DNA from: SAR202 cluster bacterium
Lineage (GTDB): Bacteria; Chloroflexota; Dehalococcoidia; Lucifugimonadales; VGZR01
Assembly (NCBI GenBank): GCA_016872515.1
Contig: VGZR01000001.1
Coordinates: 167,322 to 231,321 of the forward strand
Length of the DNA stretch: 64,000 nucleotides
Reading direction: 5' to 3'
The notes below the pieces were generated by a model, which was not told the origin of the DNA, searched no databases, and saw only the letters and a program-made list of their open reading frames with translations. Below are positions 32,454 to 40,471 of the stretch, in pieces. Made by a program: the position numbers and the translations under genes. Every line of letters begins with the position of its first letter. The first letter of the stretch is position 1.

Positions 32454-33173
32454 ATGCGCCAGGCCGGAAGGGTCGTGGCGGCAGCAAAAGCTGCCGTCGC
32501 CCTCGCCGTCCGGCCGGGCATGACGACGGGAGAGTTGGACCGTATCGCTGAGGAGGAGATCAGGCGTCTCGGGGCTACGCCCTCGTTCAAAGGTTATCAC
32601 GGCTTCCCGGCCACGATCTGCGCGTCAATCAACGAGGAAATCGTCCACGGCATCCCTGGCGCCCGCGTAGTGCACGATGGCGACCTTCTCAGCCTGGACT
32701 TCGGCGCCATCGTCGGCGGCTTCCATGCCGACAGCGCCTTCACCATGGGCGTGGGACAGGTCTCCCCGGACGCCCAGGCCCTCGTGGACGCGACTCGCGA
32801 GGCCCTGCGGCGCGGCATCCAGCAGGCCAGGGCCGGCGCCAGGATTGGCGACATATCCGCCGCCGTCCAGGAATACGCGGAGAGCAAGGGCTACCAGGTC
32901 GTCCGCCAGTACGTCGGCCACGGCATAGGCCGGGCGCTGCACGAAGACCCCCAGGTGCCGAACTTCGGACTCCCCGGCAGGGGCCCCGTCCTCCGCGAGG
33001 GGATGGCCATCGCCATCGAACCGATGCTCAACATGGGGGGCTGGCAGACCAGGCAACTCGACGACGGATGGACCGTGGTGACCGCCGACGGCAGCCTGTC
33101 GGCCCATTTCGAGGACACCATCGCCTTCACAGAGCGTGGCACCGAAGTCCTGACCGCCACCATGGCGGCCTAA
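32454..33173 (+). CDS. map: type I methionine aminopeptidase (5' end uncertain)
   Basis: MRQAGRVVAAA...SINEEIVHGIP...DGDLLSLDFG...HGIGRALHE...IEPM. The conserved N-terminal ITIKSPSEIEL is encoded in frame upstream but without ATG/GTG/TTG. Confidence 0.9.
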   Translation: MRQAGRVVAAAKAAVALAVRPGMTTGELDRIAEEEIRRLGATPSFKGYHGFPATICASINEEIVHGIPGARVVHDGDLLSLDFGAIVGGFHADSAFTMGVGQVSPDAQALVDATREALRRGIQQARAGARIGDISAAVQEYAESKGYQVVRQYVGHGIGRALHEDPQVPNFGLPGRGPVLREGMAIAIEPMLNMGGWQTRQLDDGWTVVTADGSLSAHFEDTIAFTERGTEVLTATMAA

Positions 33174-33251
33174 GATGACATTTGGAGATAAAGAGCATCC
33201 GGCCTTGCACAAGAAGTTCTGCATCATGCGGAACGGGACTGCCTTCATGCG

Positions 33252-33274
33252 TTTCTCCCCCTTGAGGGTGAGTT
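33252..33274. repeat. mosaic repeat remnant (A-T)
   Basis: TTTCTCCCCC-TTGA-GGGTGAGTT. Confidence 0.5.
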
Positions 33275-33303
33275 AGAACTGACGTCTGGCTATATGGGTA
33301 AGG

Positions 33304-33522
33304 ATGGCTAAAAAAGAGACGATAGAGGTCGAGGGGACCGTGAAGGAGTCGTTGCCCAACGCCACCTTCAAAGTCGAGTTGGCCAACGGCCACCTCGTCA
33401 CCGCCTATATCTCAGGAAAGATTAGATTGAATTTCATACGGGTCCTGCCCGGAGACAGAGTACTGGTGGAGCTTTCACCCTACGACCTGTCCCGAGGCAG
33501 AATCACCTACCGCTTTAGGTAG
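33304..33522 (+). CDS. infA: translation initiation factor IF-1
   Basis: [41 protein letters not shown]. Confidence 0.95.
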   Translation: MAKKETIEVEGTVKESLPNATFKVELANGHLVTAYISGKIRLNFIRVLPGDRVLVELSPYDLSRGRITYRFR

Positions 33523-33682
33523 TTAGGAGTGATGAAAAGATGGTCATATCGTCTTTAACGAGGCGCCGCCGTTCTATCAGACTGAAAGGCTATGATTATG
33601 CAAGCTCCGGGGCGTACTTCCCGCTGAGATGGAGTCTCGATAATAAAGGAAGTCCAAAGTCCAGAGTTGTGGAGTCGTTGAC

Positions 33683-33796
33683 ATGAAAGTATCCGCGTCG
33701 GTAAAAGTACGGTGCGCCAAGTGTAGAGTCATCCGCCGAGGGGGCGTGGTCAGGGTCATCTGCTCGACCGCCAAGCACAAGCAAAGGCAGGGGTAA
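33683..33796 (+). CDS. rpmJ: 50S ribosomal protein L36
   Basis: Below the ORF-track size cutoff. Hand translation gives [37 protein letters not shown] with stop TAA at 33794-33796. Confidence 0.9.
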   Translation: MKVSASVKVRCAKCRVIRRGGVVRVICSTAKHKQRQG

Positions 33797-33798
33797 CG

Positions 33799-34182
33799 AT
33801 GGCAATCATCTCAGGCGTCAACATCCCAGATAACAAGCGCGTGGAGATCTCCCTCACCAAGCTTTACGGCGTCGGCCCGGCTATGGCCAAACAGATACTC
33901 GCCAAGGCCGGCGTGGAGAACAACCCGCGCGTGAAGGACTTGAGCGAGACTGAACTGAACCGCATCCGCGAGCTTGTGGACAAGGAGCACACCGTCGAAG
34001 GCGACCTGCGCCGCGAGACGAACCTCAACATCCGGCGCCTCGTCGAGATCGGAAGCTACCGCGGCATCCGCCACCGCAAAGGCCTCCCCGCGCGCGGCCA
34101 GCGCACCCGCACCAACGCGCGGACCAAGAAGGGCGCCCGCAAGACGGTCGCCGGCCGCAGACACACCGTCGCCAAGAAGTAG
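33799..34182 (+). CDS. rpsM: 30S ribosomal protein S13
   Basis: [20 protein letters not shown]. Confidence 0.95.
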   Translation: MAIISGVNIPDNKRVEISLTKLYGVGPAMAKQILAKAGVENNPRVKDLSETELNRIRELVDKEHTVEGDLRRETNLNIRRLVEIGSYRGIRHRKGLPARGQRTRTNARTKKGARKTVAGRRHTVAKK

Positions 34183-34240
34183 GTTGAGGAAAACCTTGAA
34201 CAGAATGGCTTACCTTTTAGAAAAGAGGAGTCCCCCTAGA

Positions 34241-34358
34241 CTCCCTCCCCCCCCTCGAGGGGGGGAGGATGTGGGGTGATTCCCGTGCGGGGTGGGAGTG
34301 CGTATCCTCCTCTCCCCTTGAGGGAGAGGCCCCAATGAAATCGGGGGTGAGGGGTAGC
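34241..34358. repeat. mosaic repeat, A-T plus A'-D units in the rpsM-rpsK spacer
   Basis: CTCCCTCCCCCCCC-TCGA-GGGGGGGAGG..GGGGTGA, then CCTCCTCTCCCC-TTGA-GGGAGAGG plus CCCCAATGAAATCGGGGGTGAGGGGTAG. Confidence 0.85.
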
Positions 34359-34394
34359 AAGAGCGTTCAAGCAAGTAGGGAGCAGGAGTAACGG

Positions 34395-34838
34395 ATGACG
34401 ACGGACAAAGAAAAGGACAAGGGACAAGGACAGGAAAAGGAACGGCAGCCAGCTGCCAGGCGGCCCAGAGCCAGGAAGAAGGACCGCAAATCGGTGCCGG
34501 TTGGACGGGCTTACGTCCAGTCCACCTTCAACAACACCATCGTCACCCTGACCGACACCTCCGGCCGCGTCCTCTGCTGGGGTAGCGCCGGCACGGCTGG
34601 TTTCAAGGGCTCCCGCAAGTCCACCGCCTTCGCCGCCCAGCGCGCCGGTGAGGAAGCTGCACGCAAGGCCATGGAGCAGGGGCTGCGCCAGGTGGACGTC
34701 TTCGTCCGTGGCTCCGGCGCCGGCAGAGAAGCCGCCATCCGTGCGCTTCACGCCGTCGGCCTCCTCGTCACCAGCATCCGCGACGTCACCCCCATCCCGC
34801 ACAACGGCTGCCGCGCCCCCAAGCGCCGCCGCGTCTAG
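34395..34838 (+). CDS. rpsK: 30S ribosomal protein S11 with basic N-terminal extension
   Basis: [14 protein letters not shown]...[11 protein letters not shown]. Confidence 0.95.
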   Translation: MTTDKEKDKGQGQEKERQPAARRPRARKKDRKSVPVGRAYVQSTFNNTIVTLTDTSGRVLCWGSAGTAGFKGSRKSTAFAAQRAGEEAARKAMEQGLRQVDVFVRGSGAGREAAIRALHAVGLLVTSIRDVTPIPHNGCRAPKRRRV

Positions 34839-34902
34839 GACAGAGGCCGAGCATCTGTGCATAACAAGCTTCGTCTCATGCGGACAGAGAACCCTTCAAA
34901 AC

Positions 34903-35012
34903 TTCCCTCCCCCCACAAGGGGGAGGGTCAGGGTGCGGGTGACGCTTCCTCCTCTCCCCTAGCGGGAGAGGCCTATGACCTGCCAGGGGCGGGTCATAGG
35001 GTGCGGGGTAAG
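34903..35012. repeat. mosaic repeat, A-T plus A'-B-T
   Basis: CCCTCCCCCC-ACAA-GGGGGAGGG, CCTCCTCTCCCC-TAGC-GGGAGAGG, CCTATGACC..GGTCATAGG, GTGCGGGGTAAG. Confidence 0.85.
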
Positions 35013-35060
35013 AGATCTGGAGTCCTGTCTGGTACGAAGGAAGATTGAGGCAAGGTATCG

Positions 35061-35855
35061 TTGGCCCAGGACACCTCTAAGTTCATAGAACGCAACCTCA
35101 CTGAGTTGCTGAACGAGACCTTCGCGGTCTATTGGCGGCACCTCAGAGAGTTCCTGTTGCTCGCCCTCCTCGTCCAACTCCCGCTGGCCGCCATCAGTTG
35201 GGCCGCAGGCGAGGGAGTCGCCGGCTACATCATCGTCCTCGTCTGCGCCATCATCGGCGGTGCCGTCGCCTATGGCGCAGGCATCTACGCGGTGGGCCAG
35301 CAGTACGTCACCGACAAGATAACCATCCGCAACTGCTACCGCAGGGCCCAGTGGCGTCTGCTCTCTCTCCTGGCCATCACCGCTGCCATCACCGTCGTGG
35401 CCATCTTGGGTGTCGGCCTGATTCTGATTGTGGTGCCCTTCCTGGTCGCCATGGTGTACCTGGTGTACTGGTCGGTGGCCGGACAAGCCATCATCATCGA
35501 GGGCCGCAAACCCCTCGACGCCTTGAAGCGCAGCCTCGAGTTGGTGCGGGGCGACTGGTGGCGCGTCTTCGGCATAATCCTCATCTTCCTGCTCGTCGCT
35601 GCGGGCTTTGGCCTCATGGTCAACGCCCCCTTCGTCATCGCCTCGTGGATCGTCGGAACGGAGCCGTCCTCCACCGTGGACGCCGCCCTCCGCTTCTTCG
35701 GCGGCCTGGCCGTCGGCACTGCCGTCGCGCCCATCCTCGCCATCGCTTGGACGCTGCTGTACTACGACCTGAGGCTCAGGAAAGAAGACTACGACCTCGA
35801 GATTCTGTCCCAGGAGTTGGGACTGGTGAGTTCGCAGGCTCAAGGGCCTGCGTGA
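35061..35855 (+). CDS. polytopic membrane protein inserted between rpsK and rpsD (DUF975/GPDPase-membrane-domain-like)
   Basis: 264 aa with about six hydrophobic segments. The overall pattern resembles YciC/DUF975-type proteins; the family call is from memory only. Confidence 0.6.
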   Translation: MAQDTSKFIERNLTELLNETFAVYWRHLREFLLLALLVQLPLAAISWAAGEGVAGYIIVLVCAIIGGAVAYGAGIYAVGQQYVTDKITIRNCYRRAQWRLLSLLAITAAITVVAILGVGLILIVVPFLVAMVYLVYWSVAGQAIIIEGRKPLDALKRSLELVRGDWWRVFGIILIFLLVAAGFGLMVNAPFVIASWIVGTEPSSTVDAALRFFGGLAVGTAVAPILAIAWTLLYYDLRLRKEDYDLEILSQELGLVSSQAQGPA

Positions 35856-35873
35856 AGTAGGTACGGAGAGAGC

Positions 35874-36503
35874 ATGGCCCGCTATACAGATCCGAAATGT
35901 CGAGAGTGCCGTCGCATTGGCGAAAAGCTGTTCCTGAAGGGAGAGCGCTGCTTCACGCCGCGCTGCGCCGTCGAACGCCGCAAGCGCCCCCCCGGTGGCC
36001 CTATCTCCCGCAAGCGCCGCTCCTCCGACTGGAGCATGCGCCTCAAGGAGAAGCAGAAGGCACGCTACACCTACGGCATCCTGGAGCGCCAGTTCCGTAA
36101 GTACTTCGACGCCGCCCGCGAAAAGAAGGGCATCACTGGCGACCTCCTGCTCCAGACCCTGGAGTCCAGGCTCGACAACGTCGTCTACCGCCTCTCCTTC
36201 GCGGACTCGCGCCAGCAGGCGCGCCAGCTCGTCGGCCACGGCCACTTCACCATCAACGGCAAGAGCGTCTCCATCCCGTCCTACCTGGTCAAGAAAGGCG
36301 ACCTCGTCGCCTGGAAGCAGAAGAATGGCAACCTGCCCAAGCTGGCTCTCACCGCCCTCGAAGGCGGCCCCAAGCGCGCCGTTCCCGCGTGGCTCACGGT
36401 TGACGCCGCCAAGGGCAGCGGCCAGGTGATGTCCGAGCCCGACATCTCCTCCACCGACACCGGCATAGACATGCGGCTCATCGTCGAGTTCTACTCCAGG
36501 TAA
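35874..36503 (+). CDS. rpsD: 30S ribosomal protein S4
   Basis: MARYTDPKCRECRRIGEKLFLKGERC. Confidence 0.95.
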   Translation: MARYTDPKCRECRRIGEKLFLKGERCFTPRCAVERRKRPPGGPISRKRRSSDWSMRLKEKQKARYTYGILERQFRKYFDAAREKKGITGDLLLQTLESRLDNVVYRLSFADSRQQARQLVGHGHFTINGKSVSIPSYLVKKGDLVAWKQKNGNLPKLALTALEGGPKRAVPAWLTVDAAKGSGQVMSEPDISSTDTGIDMRLIVEFYSR

Positions 36504-36550
36504 CGATGCAAGAGATGCCTTCCTTGTTCCAGAACGGGAGCCCTCTTATG

Positions 36551-36595
36551 CTCCCCTCCCCCTTGAGGGGAGAGGGCCAGGGTGGGGGTGGATTC
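36551..36595. repeat. mosaic repeat, A-T unit in the rpsD-rpoA spacer
   Basis: CTCCCCTCCCCC-TTGA-GGGGAGAGGG..GGGTGGGGGTGGATTC. Confidence 0.8.
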
Positions 36596-36669
36596 GTAGC
36601 AAGGCCCCTCGCGAGTTCTTGTGCAAACGCTGAGTCGAACTCCTAGCTAAGTCATCGAAGGAGCACTTC

Positions 36670-37719
36670 ATGGTAATAGAGTTTCAGACCCTGGGCGGCA
36701 AGGACACTGCCCCCGAAGAGGAGCAGATGCCGAGCCCGAAACTGACCATCGTCGAGAGCGGCGACCGGTACGGCAAGTTCGCCGTCGAGCCCCTCGAGCG
36801 CGGCTACGGCATGACGTTGGGCAACCCCCTGCGCCGCGTGCTGTACAGCGCCCTGCCCGGCACGGCCGTGACCTGGGTGAAGATAGACGGCGTGCTCCAC
36901 GAGTATGCCACCGTCCCTCACGTCAAGGAAGAGGTCGCCGAGCTCCTCCTCAACGTGAAGGGCATCCGCCTCCGCTCGTCCGTGGACCGGCCGGGCAAGC
37001 TGCGGCTCGAGGTCTCGGGCGCCGGCGAGGTAACCGCGGGGGACATCATGGCCTCCTCCGACTTCGAGGTCGTGAATCCCGAACTGCACCTGGCAACCCT
37101 CGACTCCGCCAAGGCCAAGCTCTCGGTCGAACTCAACGTCGAGCGCGGCACGGGCTACCGCGTCGCCTCCCGCGGCGGCGGCCTGCCCATCGGCGTGCTG
37201 CCGGTGGACGCCGTCTTCTCGCCCATCCGCAAGGTGAACTACCGCGTCGAGCCGACCCGCGTCGGCCAGCGCACGGACTTCGAGCGGCTCACCCTGGAGG
37301 TCTGGACCGACGGCACCATCACCCCGGTGGACGCGGTCAAGCAGTCCGCCAACCTTCTAGTGAAGCACTTCTTCCTCTTCACCAGCGTCCAAGCTCCGGG
37401 CGCCGAGGTCAGCGACACGCCGCCCATCGCTCTGCGCATCTCGCCCGAGCAGTACAACACCCCCGTCGAGAAGCTGGATCTGTCCTCCCGCACCCTCAAT
37501 TGTCTCAAGCGTACCGGCATCGACAAGGTCGGCCAGGTCCTCGAGATGAAGAAAACCGAGCTGCTCCAGATCCGCAACTTCGGCGAGAAGTCCCTCAGCG
37601 AGCTTTACGGCCGACTTGCCTCCATGAACCTGCTGCCCCCCGAGCTGCAGGAGGGCGTCGGCGAGCCGCCGAAGGGCGATGCCGCCGAAGACGACAGCGA
37701 TGACGACGACGAGAAGTAA
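36670..37719 (+). CDS. rpoA: DNA-directed RNA polymerase subunit alpha
   Basis: GKFAVEPLERGYGMTLGNPLRRVLYSALPG. ATG 36670 has a GAAGGAG SD; ATG 36727 is an alternative start. Acidic C-terminal tail. Confidence 0.95.
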   Translation: MVIEFQTLGGKDTAPEEEQMPSPKLTIVESGDRYGKFAVEPLERGYGMTLGNPLRRVLYSALPGTAVTWVKIDGVLHEYATVPHVKEEVAELLLNVKGIRLRSSVDRPGKLRLEVSGAGEVTAGDIMASSDFEVVNPELHLATLDSAKAKLSVELNVERGTGYRVASRGGGLPIGVLPVDAVFSPIRKVNYRVEPTRVGQRTDFERLTLEVWTDGTITPVDAVKQSANLLVKHFFLFTSVQAPGAEVSDTPPIALRISPEQYNTPVEKLDLSSRTLNCLKRTGIDKVGQVLEMKKTELLQIRNFGEKSLSELYGRLASMNLLPPELQEGVGEPPKGDAAEDDSDDDDEK

Positions 37720-37737
37720 CTTCAGAGGAGAACGGTC

Positions 37738-38091
37738 ATGAGGCACGGCGTAGCCGGTTCAAGATTCTCGAGGCCGACGGCCCACCGCAATGCGATGTTT
37801 CGCACGGCGGTGACCGACCTGCTGCGGCACGAGTCGGTCACGACCACGGACGCGAAGGCGCGGGAGGTCCGCAGGCTGGCGGAGAAGCTCATCACGCGCA
37901 GCAGGGCCGGCACGCTGCACCAGCGGCGGCTGGCGGCGGCGTTCCTGACGGACGAGAAGGTGGTCAAGAAGCTGTTCGACGAGCTGGGGCCGCGGTACAA
38001 GTCGCGGCCGGGCGGGTACACGCGCATCGTGAAGATAGGCCCGCGGCACGGCGACGGCGCACCGACCGCCATGGTGGAGCTGGTGCCCTAA
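37738..38091 (+). CDS. rplQ: 50S ribosomal protein L17
   Basis: MRHGVAGSRFSRPTAHRNAMFR. Confidence 0.95.
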   Translation: MRHGVAGSRFSRPTAHRNAMFRTAVTDLLRHESVTTTDAKAREVRRLAEKLITRSRAGTLHQRRLAAAFLTDEKVVKKLFDELGPRYKSRPGGYTRIVKIGPRHGDGAPTAMVELVP

Positions 38092-38116
38092 CTGGCGCCT
38101 GAGGGACCAAGGGACG

Positions 38117-39196
38117 ATGCGGCTGGCATTGGTCATAGAGTACGACGGCACCGGGTACCACGGGTTCCAGTACCAGGAGAACGCGCCGTCGGTGCAGGAG
38201 GAGCTGGAGGCGGCCATCGAGCGGCTCACCGGTGTGCGGCCACGCATCAAGGGCGCAGGCCGGACGGACGCGGGCGTGCACGCGGCGGGGCAGGTGGCGG
38301 CGTTCGACACGGAGTCGGCGTTGCCGCCGGAGACGTTCGTGCGGGGGATGAACCACTACTTGCCGGACGACATCGCGGTGAGGGCCGCGCACAGGGTCGC
38401 GGACGACTTCGACCCGAGGCGGCACGCGTTGGCCCGCGCGTACCGGTACACGGTGCTCAACCTGGCGACGCGGTCGCCGCTGACACGGCGCAGGGCGCTG
38501 CAGGTGGAGGAGCCGCTGGACGTGGCGGCGATGAACGAGGCGGCGCAGGCGTTCGTAGGCGTCCACAACTTCGCGCGGTTCAGCGGGCCGCTGGAGCGGG
38601 AGGAGGCGAGCACGGTGCGGCAGGTCTTCGCGGCGTCGGTGCGGCGGGGGGAATACCCCTCACCCTTTGGTCCTTCCGCGGAAGGACCAAAGGCCTCTCC
38701 CGCAAGGGGAGAGGAGGAAGTGGACACCCCCCTCACCCCTTCGACAAGCTTAGGGCAGGCTCTCGTCCCGACGCCAGTCGGGACAGGCCTCACCCCCTTC
38801 GACCTGGCTCAGGGCAGGCTCGAGGGGAGAGGGAACGATTTCGGGGGAGGCGGCCCTGGCGCGGCGGCGCGAGCAAAGGGTGAGGATGAGGCTCACCCGT
38901 CCGACGGGGCGCCTCAGGATGGGACAATCATCTCTATCGACTTTGAGGGGAACGCGTTTCTGCCGCACCAAGTCCGCCGGATGGCGGGCGCACTGGTGGA
39001 TGTGGGCAAGCGGCGGCTCGCCACAGACGATATCATGGGGATGCTGGAAGGAAGGCCGGACGGGCCGGTGGCAAACACGCTGCCGCCCCAGGGCCTGTGC
39101 CTCATGGAAGTGAGGTACGGGGGCTTCCCTCCTACGAGAAATGAGGAACGGAACGATGCAAGCAAGAAACTACAACCCACGGGCGTCAGAACTTAA
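38117..39196 (+). CDS. truA: tRNA pseudouridine(38-40) synthase TruA carrying an in-frame repeat-derived insertion of about 82 aa
   Basis: MRLALVIEYDGTGYHGFQYQ...GAGRTDAGVHA...YRYTV, then an insertion, then IISIDFEGNAFLPHQVRRMAGALVDVG. 359 aa against about 270 for typical TruA. Confidence 0.85.
   Translation: MRLALVIEYDGTGYHGFQYQENAPSVQEELEAAIERLTGVRPRIKGAGRTDAGVHAAGQVAAFDTESALPPETFVRGMNHYLPDDIAVRAAHRVADDFDPRRHALARAYRYTVLNLATRSPLTRRRALQVEEPLDVAAMNEAAQAFVGVHNFARFSGPLEREEASTVRQVFAASVRRGEYPSPFGPSAEGPKASPARGEEEVDTPLTPSTSLGQALVPTPVGTGLTPFDLAQGRLEGRGNDFGGGGPGAAARAKGEDEAHPSDGAPQDGTIISIDFEGNAFLPHQVRRMAGALVDVGKRRLATDDIMGMLEGRPDGPVANTLPPQGLCLMEVRYGGFPPTRNEERNDASKKLQPTGVRT
38653..38898. repeat. mosaic repeat cluster (three or more units) inside the truA ORF
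   Basis: TACCCCTCACC-CTTTGGTCCTTCCGCGGAAGGACCAAAG-GCCTCTCCCGCAAGGGGAGAGGAGG. Then CCCCCCTCACCCCTTCGACAAGCTTAGGGCAGGCTC-GTCCCGAC..GTCGGGAC. Then CTCACCCCCTTCGACCTGGCTCAGGGCAGGCTCGAGGGGAGAGG. Confidence 0.85.
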
Positions 39197-39872
39197 CCCG
39201 CGCTGGCACGTCATAGACGCGGAGGGCAAGACGCTGGGGCGGCTGTCCACCGAGATTGCCATGAAGCTCATGGGCAAGGACAAGCCGACCTTCGTCAAGC
39301 ACATGAACACCGGCGACTACGTCGTGGTGGTCAACGCGGAGAAGGTGCGCGTCACGGGCAAGAAGCCGGCGCAGAAGATGTACTACCTGCACAGCGGCTA
39401 CCACGGCGGTCTCCGCGAGGAGACGCTGGCGACGGTGCTGGCCAAAAACCCGCGGCGGGTCATCCACGACGCGGTGCGGGGGATGCTGCCGAAGAACACG
39501 CTGGCCATCCACATGCTGACCCGGCTGAAGCTGGTGGTGGGCGGCTCGACGCAGCGCTACCAGTCTCAGATCACCGGCTCGGCCAAGGCCGTCGAGAAGG
39601 CGGCGAAGCAGGCCGCCGAGGCCAAGGTCGCGGAGGCTGCGGCGGCGACCGCGGTTGCGACGGCTGTCGCGGCGCCTGAGCCCGCCAAGACTGCCACGAA
39701 GTCACGCAGGAAGGCGGAGGAGCCAGCCATCACGCTGGCGAAGCCGAGGGCGGCCAAGGCCGCCGAGATGAAGAAGACGGAGCATAAGCCGAAGGCCGAG
39801 ACGAAGTCCGCGGCCACAGAAGCGAAGGCCGATAAGCCCAAGGCCGGCCGCTCGAAGAAGAAGGAGTCGTAG
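39156..39872 (+). CDS. rplM: 50S ribosomal protein L13 with an Ala/Lys-rich C-terminal extension of about 95 aa
   Basis: NPRWHVIDAEGKTLGRLSTEIAMKLMGKDKPTF...GDYVVVVNAEK. ATG 39156 has a GAGGAA SD and overlaps truA by 41 nt. Confidence 0.9.
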   Translation: MQARNYNPRASELNPRWHVIDAEGKTLGRLSTEIAMKLMGKDKPTFVKHMNTGDYVVVVNAEKVRVTGKKPAQKMYYLHSGYHGGLREETLATVLAKNPRRVIHDAVRGMLPKNTLAIHMLTRLKLVVGGSTQRYQSQITGSAKAVEKAAKQAAEAKVAEAAAATAVATAVAAPEPAKTATKSRRKAEEPAITLAKPRAAKAAEMKKTEHKPKAETKSAATEAKADKPKAGRSKKKES

Positions 39873-39900
39873 GGAAAAGAGCGGCCAGGCGGGGCATGGG

Positions 39901-39945
39901 GCCTCCTCCCCCTCGAGGGTGGAGGACTGAGGTGGGAGTGAAGCC
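39901..39945. repeat. mosaic repeat, A-T unit in the rplM-rpsI spacer
   Basis: GCCTCCTCCCCC-TCGA-GGGTGGAGGAC..GAGGTGGGAGTGAAGCC. Confidence 0.8.
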
Positions 39946-40006
39946 TTTTCCTCGATCCATCGGATGGACCAGTACAAAGACATATGGCAAGCATAAGGAG
40001 GCGTAG

Positions 40007-40402
40007 GTGACGCAGCAGAGCTATTTCTACGGGACGGGCCGGCGCAAGTCGGCGGTCGCCAGGGTGCGGCTGTATCGCGAGCGCGGCCCGATCGTCATCA
40101 ACGGCAAGCCGCTGGAGGAGTACCTCGGTTGGGAGTCGTGGCGGCAGGTGGTGAACCAGCCGTTCAAGCTGCTGAACGCGGCCACGCAGTTCCGCGTGGT
40201 GGCGAAGGTGGACGGCGGCGGCCCTGCGAGCCAGGCGGGGGCGCTGCGGCACGGCATCGCCCGTGCCCTCCTCTTGGCCGACCCGGCGAACCGAGCGCCG
40301 CTGAAGAAGGCGGGGTTCCTGACGCGCGACGCGAGGGCGAAGGAGTCAAAGAAGTACGGGCTGCGCCGGGCGCGGAAGGCGAAGCAGTACACGAAGCGGT
40401 AG
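40007..40402 (+). CDS. rpsI: 30S ribosomal protein S9
   Basis: GTG start after AAGGAGG. YGTGRRKSAVARV...RKAKQYTKR. Confidence 0.95.
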   Translation: MTQQSYFYGTGRRKSAVARVRLYRERGPIVINGKPLEEYLGWESWRQVVNQPFKLLNAATQFRVVAKVDGGGPASQAGALRHGIARALLLADPANRAPLKKAGFLTRDARAKESKKYGLRRARKAKQYTKR

Positions 40403-40430
40403 CGGCGCAGGCGCGACGAAGGTTTGGATG

Positions 40431-40466
40431 GTAGGGGCGGGTTTTCAAACCCGCCCCTACGTTTTG
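40431..40466 (+). terminator. intrinsic terminator closing the ribosomal super-operon
   Basis: GTAGGGGCGGGTTT-TC-AAACCCGCCCCTAC followed by GTTTTGG. Confidence 0.7.
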
Positions 40467-40471
40467 GAAGG

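Noticed and set aside
33523-33682. Unusually long (160 nt), AT-richer infA-rpmJ spacer as a possible regulatory RNA.
   Set aside because: I found only weak 5 bp complementarities, no promoter or terminator signals and no repeat modules. There is not enough evidence without comparative data.
24122-39196. Identical 41-nt overlaps of rpsC/rplP (24122-24162) and truA/rplM (39156-39196).
   Set aside because: The overlapping sequences are unrelated. The equal length appears coincidental and depends on start-codon choice.
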